From Raillietiella orientalis (lineage: Eukaryota), in the NCBI GenBank assembly GCA_036172245.1, contig JAYWIR010000015.1, positions 682,001 to 746,000 of the forward strand: a stretch of 64,000 bases of DNA. The letters are read 5' to 3'. This document shows positions 26,900 through 39,959 of this stretch, piece after piece. The translations under genes and the position numbers were made by a program. Under the pieces are notes generated by a model. It ran no database searches. It was not told the DNA's origin and was given only the letters and a program-made list of their open reading frames with translations. Numbering within the stretch: position 1 is the stretch's first letter; each line of letters opens with the position of its first letter.

Positions 26900-28400
26900 A
26901 CAGCATTGCCAAGGACCTGTCTACTAATGCATACAACTCCGTGCAAGCGTAATCGTAAGCCACCAGGAACAAACCAGATTCAGGGGATAGTAATGCAGAG
27001 ATGCGCTCTCGACTCCCTATCACTTAACATAACAGCAAAACCTACTCTACGTAAGATAGACGAGAGCCGTTCGGAGAAGACTCCATGCTGCGGTTCGCTA
27101 ACGGACCGGTGTTCGTGGCAGGAGTTGAGGAATGACCTTGCGATGCATCTTCATCCACTCCATGATTTGTCCACAAAAAAACTGGACCGTTTTTCAGTCG
27201 ACCCTAGCGAACGCTCTGCATTGCACCTCCAGGCCAGGAAGTCAAGAGGATTGCAGAAATGCACTTTCGTGATCAGAGGAATCGACATCCTGGTATTGGA
27301 TCTCAGAGAAGCATGCGAATACCTGGGCAAACAGCTCGGTTTAGGATTATTTCAATCGGTGCCCAACAAACAAAGCATAGTTGCAAAAGCAATCTCAATA
27401 ATGTATTGTGGGTCGGCAGTGCTTGGAAGCCATGAGGAGCTTCCTTCTTCCTAGTCTGATGCACTACCAAGGGCCGTTAATGACCAATACCCGGAATGGA
27501 CTTTCATTAACAATAGCACCGAGCAATCGGGAAAGAAATGAACGGAGTGCAAAGAGTTAAAGAGAAATGGCCGACGAAAACTTGCATGCTCTCACATCAA
27601 CGGTGGATTGGGTAGATCCGAGGCATCACTCGGCCCACCCAATTTTCCCGAGAGCGACAACTTCGTTTTGGACAGTTGCTTCAAACTGTTAAGCTCTCCG
27701 AATCCGTCAGCACAAGATTTATCCCAAAGGATGTTGCGCTCTTTGGAAAAAGAAGGGTCACAGTCACTACCAGATGATGAAGATCTGGGGGATTCTGTGT
27801 CCGGAGCGATCAAACGAAACACCCCAGCAGCTGGATAAAAAGCATTGAAGCGGCTTCCGGAGAAATTGGACAAAAAACTCGGACACACAGTATGCAGTAT
27901 TCCCAGAGTGTGCACGGGAAACACCACTCTCTCCTTCCTTTCATCAGTTCATATTCACCCCTTTTTGCAACACTGTATGCATAAAAATTTAAATAGAATG
28001 CCTCACTACATGATCCTTAGCAGCTCTTCCATTTTCTGCGTTGGTAACTTAGAGCACACAAAGGCCCTTTGCTGTCCACATGCATCGCTTACTTGCTGTG
28101 AATGGTCTGGAAGCATTTTGACATGCTGGTGTTTGCGAAAACCCGGTTGTTGTTCAGAATGGCTCATATTCTGAAACACGACAGCATCCTGTATACTTAA
28201 AAGCCTTGCAAAGTTGCTCTGAGTTGACTCCTGGATGGGACGCTTTTATTGAGATATTTCCAAATACTAAGGTAGGATGGGGTCGTTGCTGGGATAATTG
28301 GTTGATTCAGGTGAGAAACCCTGTCTTCATTTCGTCAAGACAGTTCTGAATGAAAAGATTATTTTATGAACAGCTTCTTTCCGAAAGGGTCAATCTTAAG
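26900..28400 (-). mobile_element. Possible gag/endonuclease relic
   Basis: Cys/His knuckle-like remnants near 28050-28180 on minus, followed by a Ser/Pro-rich frame (27592..27927). Weak. Confidence 0.2.
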
Positions 28401-28599
28401 CACGGTGTACTTACCACGTAATCTTACCAAGCAAGCGAGGCAAGGAGTCCAGAAGACAGATAGTCTGAATTCCATGTTTCATTCAGGATGTACACGGGGT
28501 TGGTTCTGAACACTCACTCTAGTCTGTTCGACATCTATATCCTTCAAACAGGAGATGGAGACCCACGCGGAAGACCTCCTCCTGTTGTTACCCATGTGG

Positions 28600-30330
28600 A
28601 TTTCGTCCTCCTATCTCGAAGATTTCTTTACGTTGACCCAGAGGTTCACATCACAGCCGTGCAGGATCAACACAGGCGCCAGAGGTCGTCTCAGCTGGAA
28701 AGATGTGGGGAAAACAGATTCACAGCACCTCCTTCGAGCATTTAAGAACGAAGACGTTCTACAAATTCCAACAGCTCAATGGGAAGAAAGAAAAAAAAAA
28801 CATTAAGGTTTGTTGGGACAACCGGAAAGAAAGTTTTGCTTTGGCTCAACTTCACAATGCCGTTTCCGTTGGTCGATCCAGTAGGCCGCCTATCCTGGAC
28901 GGATCCCTAGGCAGACGGATTGGCATTACAAATTAATGATACATCTGGCTGCTTTGGCGCATCTTCGAGTTGCCTGCACCAAAGTTCAGATTCTTACGCA
29001 GTGTTCGCTGGTCGTCGTTCGACCCGCTTCCCTAGAGCACGTGGGATCCGCACACTACGGCGATGTGTTCGCTCGGTGCAACAGATGTCACCCATTCGGC
29101 TCCCAGCATCCAGTTTCTCCTTCGGGAGCCGCGGGCAAAGTACGGGATCTTCGTCCAGACTGTGGTCGGAGGTTTGCCAAACCCCGTCTTCTGCCTGTCG
29201 CGCACCACAGAAGAAACGCTGCCTTTCCGCACGCCCGGGAGAAACCGGCGGGGAGATTTTCTCGTCTGCCCCCACTGCGCGACTGCTCACCTTAGCGGCA
29301 AAGGGTGAGGGGGTGTTCCTCTCTCGTGCGCGTTTCCAAGGTTCCTTTCTCTCGACTTTCGAAGATCAGGATACTGGTGGTCTCGGGAGTCTCCCTGTTG
29401 TCTTCCCGGTACACTTCCGGTGTTTGGATGGTACCCCTGCTTTTCTTGCATTTTTTTTTTTTCAAGCTAGGAGGAGATTCGTTCTTTGAACGGACGTAGC
29501 TGCCACTGAAGACCCCCTACTGCACAATGGATCATCATCTTCTGCAGACCTAGCTGGACATCACCAAAGCTCTTTCCGGAAGAGCATTCGCAGCTAAGCA
29601 GATCTCCCTCCAGCAGAACCTTCCGGAGCTCGAAGCGAGAAACTCTTCCGGAAAAGTGTTCAAAATTCGTCACGGCTAAAGGAGTCAGTGTGGATTTCTG
29701 ACCCCTTTTTGGTGCAGGTCGCTTCAGAGAAAGAAGGGAATGGACTGCGTCAGGAAGAGACATGGTCATCCACCGGTTGTAAGGGGGGCGTGTTGCTCAG
29801 ATTTGCTGGCAGAGTCTGAAGAGCTGCTTCCATCGGCATGTAGCGTTCTGCTGCAGGTCGCTTCGCTACCCCATGGAGACAGCTTAAGGATCCTTTGGTC
29901 GGAGGGACGGAGGGGAGCACTGAAGCCAGCAACGAGATCGTTCCGGAGGAAGACGAGCTCGCTTCCCGAAGAACAAAAGCTCATGGTGCTCCGTGAGGAA
30001 GCCAGGGACCTCCCTACAGAAGCCCTGATGCTCTTCCTGGGATAGGCCTCTGAATTCCGTGGGGGTTCACGTGGACTCAGTAAGCAGGAAAAGCTTCATG
30101 TCGTCATTTCCCTTCGACTCCTCAAGAGGAGGGTTCTTTCCGGTGTGAAACAGGAGGATCCTGATGATGGGATGCTGATTCCTCTCCCTGCTTTCCACAT
30201 ACGCGCACCTTTTTTTTCCTGGTCTTCTATGTGCCCAAGAGCTGTTGCCTTACTCCACTGGAGGCATAGGAGCGGCTCAGAGTCGCTATTGCCATGCTCC
30301 CAGAAGCAGAGAAACCCGGAGAGACCACCC
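28600..30330 (-). mobile_element. Degenerate Penelope-like element (RT plus GIY-YIG relic)
   Basis: VHVNPHGIQRPI at about 30041-30076 (cf. KVHKP.+P.RPI), NDLVAGF (29766..29984), RGQKSTLTPLAVTNFEHF (29467..29769, cf. G.AMGSPLSP..AN..ME.F), GTIQTPEVYRE at about 29403-29435 (cf. G.+.T.VYRK). Confidence 0.65.
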
Positions 30331-30399
30331 TAATGCCTGGGAAGGACTTCCAATCACCAACTGGCCAACGGGGCTATTGCTGACGCGAGCAGCGTCCCA

Positions 30400-31250
30400 C
30401 CGATGCAAATCTGAAGCCGGGAACCATCCACATCATAATGAGGATACTCGTGGAGGGTTTTCACAACGCATGCAGCTCGGCGCTGGCCCCTTTATGGGTA
30501 ATCGCGCGCTATTGCCGCCAGCGAGGAAGAGATAAACGAAGAAGTTCCGCCCATATCATTTTTGCCTCTTCTTCTGGCACCTTCCTTCCCGGCATCCAAC
30601 AGAAGGAGGAACGCGTTTTGGTCCCTCCGTGATTCCTGACGACAGAGCGGCGGCACGAACTCCCGTTGCCGCGGATACGGCTCAAACAAAACTCTCATCG
30701 CCCGTGCCCCTCGAGTGGAGCTGGCTGTTCTGTGACGGGGTGTGCGTCGTCAGTGGGGAGTCCGGCTCCTGGTTGGAACGCTGCTTCCTGGACGGGGAAC
30801 GAGAAGGTTCCGACCGACGGCGATTCGGAGAGGAAGGATTAGGAGGGCTCCGGACGCATCGCGTGCTGGATGTGACGTGTTGCCGCCGATAGCGGAGCGA
30901 AGCTCTTCTCTCCGCACGAGAGCACCTTCGCTTCTGCAGACGTCTGCTCCTAAGTGGCCAAGCGATGGATCGTTTGGCAGGGAACACCAGAAATGAGGAA
31001 AAACACCGAGTGACTGCGGCGCGTTCCGGGGAAACTCGCGCCCTACGATCAGCTCCCCGAGGTACTCGATGGAACCTCGGTCTGGTCCAAATCCGACGAG
31101 AACGAAAGAATAGTAGGTGGGTGGGTGGGGTGGGAAAATCTCATCTTCTAGAGAGGGCTGCGAGGAGGCAGCGGCAGCTTGAGGCTCGCTGGAGCGCGAA
31201 TCCCAGCGACGGAGACCGGCGAGACGGTTGCCTAGTTGAGTAAACAAAAA
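30400..31250 (-). mobile_element. Degenerate LINE ORF2 C-terminal region
   Basis: ORF 30750..31247 LRRWDSRSSEPQA...SIEYLGELIV (cf. W.+..N..K...+.YLG+.+D). Confidence 0.5.
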
Positions 31251-31399
31251 AAAACCGTTCCGGAGAAGCTGCTGGAGGGGTCCATTTGTTTGATTGAGTT
31301 TTTGCTCACATGTGTTTGTGTGTATTTTCCATTGTATTCAACCCTCGACTGAAGACCAACTCCCTGAAAAGAGGGAGGTGTTCTGGTAAGCGCGCGACC

Positions 31400-34300
31400 T
31401 TGAACATGGCTTCACCTTGCCGGAAGAAAAAAATTTCTATGCAACCATGACTGCAGTCTTGAGCAAAGCGGCTGCCGAGCATGCTCGCTCTCGTGGAAGA
31501 AGAATGGGAGGGAGGAACTCACCGTTAATTTGTTTCCTGCAGGCGATGTTGGAGCTGTCAGAACCTTGGCAGTGACGTCATCGTCAAATAACGATGGCAA
31601 ATGACCACGGCAATGAGACAATTTGCAGCGACCCTTCCCCTGAGTTACTTCTTGTACTTAATTTTTTTTTTTTTTCTTTCGTTTCCTTCTCTGCAAGCAA
31701 TTTGCGCGAGGAGGAGGAGAGTCTCTACTCCAGAGAACAAACCCTTCCCGGGAGCAATCGATTTCGGCGTGCCAGACTCGCTTCCTCTGTCCGGCTTTCG
31801 CCCTCTTGAGAAAGCCTCAAAGGCATTCCAGGATGTTCGAACAGCCCGGGGAGCTTCGATTTCTTCGTAGGGATACAGGAAAGCATATCTGGAAAAGCTT
31901 CTGTGCGTGGGAAGGGAGCATCCACTGCATTGCCAGGTCGTTGGCTGCTCCTTCCCGAAGCTACGCAAAGTGTCGGCAGCAACGAAGAGAACCAGAGCCA
32001 CTCATGAGAACCATCTTCCGGAAATAATGATCAAAGGGAGGAAGAAAGAAAGCCGAGCATGGGTGAGCGCCATGTTGCGGTGAAGAGACTCTACTGCAAC
32101 CTGAAAGTGGGCAGATATGGGCAGGCGTCTCTGCGGAACGTGGGATGGTTCACCTTCCTATGGCAGCTGTTCCGCCCGCAACGCTCCCTGGATACCTACC
32201 TGTCTTGCAAGCTTCCCACCTAGTAATCACCGAACCGTTCTCGAGATCAGGATGTTGTTTCCGCCGCCGTGCTCTTTTCATTTCCCTCTCGACTGCTTTC
32301 GCCCAGTGGCAGCTGATGGGCGCAGCCTTCTGGGCGCACTGAATCGTCCCAGTCCAAACGACGAGCCTTCGGGCGTCCTGCAAGAAGCTTGTGCTTCTCG
32401 CCGGATAGTGGGACGGCTCGGGCAACGACATGAATTCCCAAGGGGTGCGAGCAGAAGAACCTCTTCCCCCGGCCTTCCACCCAGGCAGGGATCTCTTTGG
32501 AACCTGATTGGATGCATCACCTTACTTGAAACGCGACGCAACGTGATCGAAATTGAAAATGGATGATGATGAATGTGGCAGCGAACACCCCGGACAAGAC
32601 TGCAACCGAAGAAATTCGAACTGTCGTCTCGCTGCTTGCTCCTGGGGCATCGCTCGGTTGTTCCGGTTGCTCTCGGACACTACGCCTGAGACAGAGGTGA
32701 AGACGATGGCAACTGGCCGTCCCTGTCTTCCCCTGCTTCCCTCTTTGCTCCGCCTTGCCAAGAAGGTCTGCCAGCCTATTGACACCGCAGGAACTCTTCC
32801 CTCGCTGTTAAAGGCTCCCGGATCGCGCCGACTTCTCCATTGGTCTCCACGGACCAATCGGAGAATCAAAACACTTCCGGAAGCAATGGAAGCGCAAACG
32901 ATATGAGGGAGGCCCAAGACGGAAACAGGACGGACGCATTCTGTTCGATGGAGCGAAGGCTGCTGCCGGGTGGACTCGGGGAAGATAAACCCCAGACCTG
33001 CGCCCCCGAACGATTGTCCCTGGCATTTTCCTCTCGCCGGACGCAGGAGACAGCCACCTGTTTTGCAGGCACCAGGTCATCGAACAAACAAGGGAGTGGG
33101 TGGAGCGGAACGTCGTTAGCACGCAGCGCGCTAAGCCCCAGACGGGATCGTACCCGGAACCCTAGCAGCAGACCTTGCGTACGCGCAAGAAAGAGACAGC
33201 CATATCATCAAGAGATCAATATTTTAGAATCATCTAGAGTCACAAGAGGTCGAGGACAACTTCGTCCGCCCTTTAAGCAGTGAGGCTCGAGACGAAACCA
33301 AAGAGATCAGGAAAGTTCCCAGCATCCGACTTTTGAGGTCGTCAGCTCGGCAAAAGCAAGGTTCAGGAACGAGTCTTCCCAGCTCACAGTTGTTTTCCTC
33401 TTCCCTTTCACAGCAGGAAGCAGAAAAGGTTTCCTTTCTGCCATCCGGCACTGTGAGGTGCTCCTGTAGGAAGCATTCCCTCGAATCCTTTATTATTTTT
33501 TTTTGCTTTCGTCTCATTGGTCATCACGACTGCCATTATATTTTTAGAGCCAGCACTTCGACATCATTGACATCTTGCAGTATTGGGAAAATAGAGATTA
33601 TAGTTCAAGTCACGTCTTATTTGAGCCAAGACTTTAGAGTCATCTCTCGAAGCGTCCAACATGCTTTCTCCTAGCACCATTGGCTGCACCAATGGCCGCA
33701 TTGGTACAGTACGAAGCTAATTGAGATGACTGGTTCCTCTTTCTGCATTCAGCGTTTCAACTCATCCTCAACTTTAGACGTGACTTTCATATCTGGTCTG
33801 TAGGCTCCGTTCATGTTGTCAGGGGGAGAAGAAAAGGCTACCCTGATCTTAGCACCGGTACAACTGAGTCATCTCCTTAGCTCTTTACTATCCTCTTCGG
33901 CACACGACCCTGTGTCATCCAAGTGCAAAGGATGTTGTCTTGTAAGAAGGATTTGACCAAGTTCGCCTTACAGAAAGCCATCCGAACGATGGCTTTTCGT
34001 GCATGCATTCCTCACTCCGTTATCCTTTCCCTAGAAATCTTGCCCCTCTCCTTTGCCTCGTCTCCCACACGTAAACGGGCATGCATTTTTTTATTTCTTC
34101 TTTTCGTGCTCCCTCTTTCCCTCCTTCGCTGAGGAATCCTCACAGGCATGTCAGCTGGCTTCTAGCCAAGCTAGATATTGTGTTTTATTAATGATTTTAA
34201 GTTTTACAATTCTACGGACTTTGGCAGGAACCACTGTCGTCATGAGCTTTGTTTTATTTTCTTTACACGTTCACTGCTGCAAGTTGCGACAAATGTCTCA

Positions 34301-34640
34301 AAGCGACTGGTATCACAGAAGAGAAACCTCGTTCTTCAAACTGTCTACGTCACTCAATTCCCCTGGTGCTTAACTGAAACTTCACTTCTGCTTCACGTTC
34401 TTGCCGATTTGACCCCTTTTGGCTCGATACTCGACGTACCCCGAGAATCTGGTGGTTTCTCCAGGGAAAATGCAAACCTACAACAGAAGAAGTGAATAGC
34501 AGTTTGTCAGCTGCACAAGAGAAGCGGAACAAAAGCACAGCTTCGTTACATCAGAAGGCATCACTTCTCTCCTGGAAACAGGCAAAACAGGAAAAGGTAC
34601 CACTGCTTGAGAAGAGCAGCACCAGATGGATCTGAGAGGT
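31400..34640 (-). mobile_element. Degenerate LINE ORF2 (endonuclease to RT; may be two elements)
   Basis: FSGYVEYRAKRG near 34415-34450 (APE GY..+R.DR), RRKQKKIIKDSR (33230..33517), SSSIFN (32522..32917), DLENGSVITRW (32150..32431, cf. D+EKAFD.VW), LFVAADT (31645..32001, cf. LFADDT). Confidence 0.55.
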
Positions 34641-34781
34641 TTGGTGCGGCCCAGGGAAGAATCAGACTGCAATCATCAATCTGAGTGCCGATTGTGTTTG
34701 GGTGGCGCAAGCTCTTCAAGTGACCAAAGTCTCATTCTCCAAGCATCGAGAATCCCTCATCTTCCATAACACTAAAATCCC

Positions 34782-34826
34782 CTAGCACTTTGCAGAATCC
34801 GTTGGATGTATTCTGCAAAGTGCTAG
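34782..34826. repeat. Perfect inverted repeat, 17-bp stem with 11-nt loop
   Basis: CTAGCACTTTGCAGAAT-CCGTTGGATGT-ATTCTGCAAAGTGCTAG. Confidence 0.95.
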
Positions 34827-35658
34827 ATGAATACGTTTTGGCATCGCTGACCATTTCCGGGAGAAAAAAAAATTGAAAATTTCATAGTCCTCAGCTCTCA
34901 TGATGCTCGAGAAAAAAAAAGGCGGATCAATTTACCTTTCCGTAGCGAGAAACTCACAAGACGAGAATCCGTGTTTAATTGATACGGAGCTTGCATGCAC
35001 AGGACTATAAAAAGGCAACTGGCCCTTCTTAGATCAGAGTGGAATTTAGACTGGTGTTTGCCTAGATTTAGGTGTTTCCTTATTTTTAGTGTTGCAGAGA
35101 TTTCGAGTCTCAGGAAAAAAGAAAAAATGAAAACCACATGTCTTTTTCTTCTTCCATGCGATGATGGCAGTAATGATGATGGTGAAAACGAAAAGAGAAA
35201 CAACTGCCTGTCATTTTCGTCATTCTCTCCTCCCTCGATGGCGTGAAGGTGGTTTGAAATCTTGCGGCCTGAGACGTTTCTGATGTCTGTCTAATCATCT
35301 GCATGTGTTTCGGAAAAGTTTGGAAGTTCTCTTTGGAGGGCATGGGAAGTAATCACGTCAGTATCCTTTCGGCTCAAACTGCACACAGTCTTCTTGAAAA
35401 AATTCTCCAGAGGTAAACTTCTTAATGGTCTGAACACAAAAGTGCGAAGAATATTTGCAAATAAATGGCTACTTCACTCTGGGAAGAAGAAGAAGAAGAA
35501 GAAAAAGCTGACTTTTTTCCTTTTCATCATACGCATTTTACCTTTGGTTATCATCGAAAAAGATGCTGTAATAACATCCACTTGCCGCTTTTTACTACCT
35601 TGTGCATTTGGAAAAGGTACAATAGATGTACGTTTGGAATGGTTATACATGCGGATTA

Positions 35659-36143
35659 CGGTAGACGCCCGTACAACGCGGATTAGCGTAACGCAACGGA
35701 AAAATGGCGGCGGTCTTCGTACAACGGAGGAAAATCATCCCTGTCCGGCGCTGTACATAAATTTCAGTTTTTTGGTACAAGTTTAGCTGTTTTTAAAATA
35801 CGAGTACGCGATTTAAGCAAACTGAGTTCCATTTTCCTCGCATTTTCGCTAGTGAAGTGCGCAAGAAGATATTCTCTTTTTTTTCTCCAAGAAGTCGAAT
35901 GATGAAAGATGAAACCATGGAGTTGTTTAAATTGATTTAATATCTACAAAACTGTTAAAACTCTTTTTCACTTCGGGTAAAATAGTAAACAAACACGTTT
36001 CCTTTTTTTCTTTTTGTTTTAAAGCGAAGTAATGAATACTCTACTTTCACAACGTTTAAGATACATTTTATATCTTTTTCGAGGATCTCCTTAAGGCTCG
36101 CATAACGCGAGACGAATCCCCCGCGTTATACAGCGGCCTGCTG
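35659..36143. mobile_element. Decayed MITE with pogo/Tigger-type terminal inverted repeats
   Basis: Left TA|CGGTAGACGCCCGTACAACGCGG versus reverse complement of the right end CAGCAGGCCGCTGTATAACGCGG (16 of 23 match). The interior is AT-rich and non-coding. Confidence 0.5.
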
Positions 36144-36149
36144 TCTTTG

Positions 36150-37100
36150 AAAAGGCGACACAGATTTGTCGGTAGTTTGTTGTGCTCACTAAAAAGGAGA
36201 GTACGATTTCAAAAGGCTGCATTTCAGCATTCTTCGCTCAAAAAGTACCAGGCCAAATGGTGGTTCTAAGCTGTCTGCCTCCATCTTTGCTTTCGTGTAC
36301 AATGTTCAAAAATTCTGTGCCCAAAGCTTTCTTTTCACGACTTCCAATCTGGCAGTTGGATGAACGCAAATGGCAACTGCTTTTCGTCGTAGAAATCACA
36401 GGAAGACCGCACAGCAGAAATTCCAAGCGCCGTCAGTTGCACTTTTTGGCACTTCGGCACCGCCACAGAGTTTGCTCCTCACACTTCTGGCATCTCCCTG
36501 ACTATTGCCGAAATTCTGTTTTCTTCCCGAAAGGCGTGAGCATAGCGCTAGTCCTTTCTCTAACATGTGATGGTATTTCGCCCTGATAGGGAAAAGTAGA
36601 CCTGGGAGTGATGAAGTTGAGAAACGGCAAAGCGATAAATGTGAACAAAAAAAAACACACATACCAAACAGCAAGAAACATTGTGCAACTTTGGTCCCTG
36701 TGGATGCTTGGCCAACAAGGAGAATCGAGATCTATGCGCTTGGTTTGGATGTTTTGACTAATGGATCATGAAATCGTCAGAGCTAGTGCGCTCTGCTGCT
36801 TGGTTGCAAGAAATCCTGAACATGTGGTCTTCCTTCTTCAGGAATGTTGGAAACCGAGAAGAATCGACCAAATATAAGCTGTAAGCACCGTGCTAGGCCT
36901 ATGAAGGTGTCAGAAAATCCTGGCAAAGAGAAGGCACAAGGAGGTTTGATTGCAATGACAGTAGTGGCGCCAGCCCTCGAGTTAAACACTGCGTCGGAGA
37001 CCGTGTGGTTACGGAGGTCTCCGCGCGTGGCACCATGCGTCGTGGGTTCTGAGTCCACCCCACAAGATGACGCTGATTGGCCTACATTCATCCGGGTGTG
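36150..37100 (-). mobile_element. Penelope-like C-terminal (GIY-YIG) relic
   Basis: FPYQGEIPSHVRER at about 36553-36594 (cf. LPY.G.+S.++.+) followed by EFLLCGLPVISTTKSSCHLRS (36238..36426, cf. +F.C..C...Y+G.T.RHL..R). Confidence 0.45.
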
Positions 37101-37264
37101 GCACCGGTAGCGGTTGAAACAGGATGTCCCCGATGAGGACTGGGACAAATGGGAGTCGACCTCCGGGTCATTCCAGGAATCACGGACTCCCTATTCCGGG
37201 GGAGACCCTCCGCGTCGTACTGATGGAGTAGGTGTGTCGCCACCACCTCTCCAGAGAGTTCAGA

Positions 37265-37620
37265 GAAGGAGCCGATCCCTTCGGGGAAGCAGAGACCTTC
37301 TGAATTTCGGAAGTGCCCCTTCTGGGTTCTGTTCAGAGGAGTAAAAATGGCAGGGGATCCCTTGCGGGGGATCCCTCCGGAGAAGAAATTCCAGGATCGG
37401 ATCCTTTTCGGGTTCCCTTCAGAGAAGAAAGAATGGAAAGGACCCTCCGGGAGGTCTTCCGGAGAGAATAAGGAAGGAGGATTCCCTTCTGGATTCCCCT
37501 TCGGACACAACCAGGGTAGAGGTAATCTCCATTTCCGGAGATCCCTCCCCAGGCGTGAGAGGAACGGACTCCGAATCCTTCCAGGATTCATAGGGAGGAC
37601 CCCTCCCGGGGTACCCCTTA
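37265..37620. repeat. Degenerate minisatellite with a unit of about 40 nt
   Basis: Recurring GG(A/T)TCCCTT..GGG(A/T)TCCCTCCGGAGAAGAAA-like units, clearest at 37353-37510. Confidence 0.6.
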
Positions 37621-39650
37621 TCTTGAAGAATTATCCACTCTCGAGTGGCGTGGAACCGTGTCGAAGAACTGCGAAGACAGAAAAGGACTTCCATCATCCA
37701 GTGAAACACCAGTGCATTCGGTCCCAACAAAGTACGAGACAATTCGGATGATGAATATGATGCAACTGCACTTTTCTAATCCGCTGAGGTGAAAAAACAT
37801 GAAGGAAATCATTCATTGTACAAAGTTGCGTAACAGCAATAACAGTTTGAAACATTCGCAGTCCAGTGTGACGAAAGGATTCATGAAACACACATGTCAC
37901 AGCTGTCAGGCTGGATGACATTCCGATCACGGAATCACCTGAGAGACGCTATGAAAAAACGACATCTCAGAGCTAGAGAACGATTTTTTTTTTTCCAAGT
38001 GGAAACAGAGTTACATTGGGTAGTTTTAGTTACGGAAGATGCAACTGTCGCTATGGGACAGAAAAAAGTTGGGAAGGCAGAATTCTCGTACACAGCTTTC
38101 GTACAGTATCGGTTACCTTGAAACTCTTGCAGCGCCGAATCTCGAACTGAGGAGTATCTGAATTCCACATTAACTCTGTGCTAACGGTCATATACTGGGT
38201 ACTTCACCCTTCATAGCTACTAGATTGCGGACGGTACGATGGACTCTGAGTCGGAAAGACCACCTTACGAAATGGGATTCGGACCCTTATCAGGACAGAG
38301 GATCCGATCTTAGTTTTCATATTCGAATCCAAGCACAGATTCCAACCTTCCCCGCAAGCAAACAATTGTACTCTGACTAGAAGCTTCTGCTACCGGTGGT
38401 ATAGATGGCTCTCAACACCACTCAATCTTGCTGATGCCTTCTGAAAACTGGGTGGTGTGACATGACTGGACGGATGACAAAGATCTCTGAATTTTCAAAA
38501 GTGGGCTCTGTGAGAGAACGGGGGACGAACGAACAGTTACAGGATTTTCCAGAGCCTGGAAAACGTGGCTGGAAAGCACATTCAAGAATCAGATTGGGAT
38601 TGAACGGAAGATCTCTAGACGCATTCCCCGCCCGCTTTGAGGATCTTATGGAAGCAAGTGCGGGCTGAAACTCTTCAAGATGGTACAACTAGTGTTTTTT
38701 CTCCAGTTTTATCCAGCATGAGAAGCTGACGACCGACCGCCGAAGGAGCTCACGTGAAAAACATCATTCAGAAGGGGAGGAGGCAGAAATCTTGCAGCTG
38801 TCGGTGTTGATGAAGCAAGCTGGACCATGAAGTTCAAGCCTCCTGTAAGAGGAATGCCAATCCCTTCCTCCTCCTTCCCATCCGAGAAATACAAATTGAA
38901 ACAGGCCACGTTGCCTGTTAGGGAGCACTGTTATGGGTAGGTAGCTACCCGAATAAATTTCTCCCAGCTGATGAGCAAACCCAGCCGCTCATTGGCAAGA
39001 GAAAAACAGATAACACTGAGTTTTGCGTAGCCACCAAGAACAGCGATTGCTGTCACTGTAGTACACTCTTCTGCAGGGATGGACCGCACCATCAACCACC
39101 ATTTTCATGGGAGAGAAGAGACCGAACAAAATGCATTTCACATTTGCTTCATTTACGTATAAATTCGAGCAGAGCTTCAGCACGTTTTAGAATCTAATGG
39201 AGAGAAAGAAGCAGGGATATTTACTGTTAGAACGGTAAAGAGGAGAACATAGAATTTCTCCGAGCAGCTGTCTATTCATGAAAAAAGAGTCTGGCACCTC
39301 GACAGCAGTCACTTCCGTGCCCTTCTATCGTAGATCTTGTTACCTCGACGCATTCCTTAAGTTCTGCCTTTTCTTAAATGGGGAAACAGGAGCGATATGT
39401 GTAAGGCAAGTCAAACAAAATTCGAAGTTTGCGACCCTTCAAAGGATGGCACGGGAGCCTTTGGAAAACTGCAAGCAGTCTCCAAAAGCTGGACAATTTG
39501 CGACATGATTTCGAAGCAGGAGAAACCAAGGATCTCGGGTGTTCCCGTCAGTGAACTTGATGAAAATGACGGATAACTGGTTTCTTTGAAAATGCTGAAC
39601 CTACGATCAGTGCTCAAGATAATTAATGAGATTGTAGTCTCCTATTCTTA
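37620..39650 (-). mobile_element. Degenerate Ty3/Gypsy pol (RT-RNaseH-integrase order)
   Basis: KCILFGLFSP...VYYSD (38989..39183, RT), GGLNFMVQL (38709..38909), YHLEEFQPALASIRSS...FVPRSLTEPTFENSEI (38422..38688, RNase H), RSLALRCRFF (37935..38168), VSLDDGSPFLSSQF (37618..37812, cf. integrase VSDNG..F.S.+F). Confidence 0.7.
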
Positions 39651-39959
39651 ATACTCCATCAATTTGCAGAAAACGAACTTTCTCCAGATCCATTCCTGAT
39701 CTTCGTCGTTTCTAGATTTAGAAACAACTACCATGGTCTCTTTTTCTCTTCGTCTCTGTCCTGGCGCATCACTTAGGGCCATCCCAAGTGTGACAGATCC
39801 ATCCTCTGGAGGCATACTTCAATTTTATCTTTTCTCTTAGTCTCTTTTTTAGTTCATCATTCAACCCTTCCCGTTCCTGAGTTTAATTGTTTGTTGTCCC
39901 TATTTCGACATACCATTTGTATTTCACACATGCATGCGTAGACAGACATTTAGACACGA

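Noticed and set aside
20150..29489. Long plus-strand ORFs 20150..20746, 23187..23816, 26906..27454 and 28920..29489
   Set aside because: No recognisable domain or exon structure; they are best explained as antisense shadows of GC-rich TE relics.
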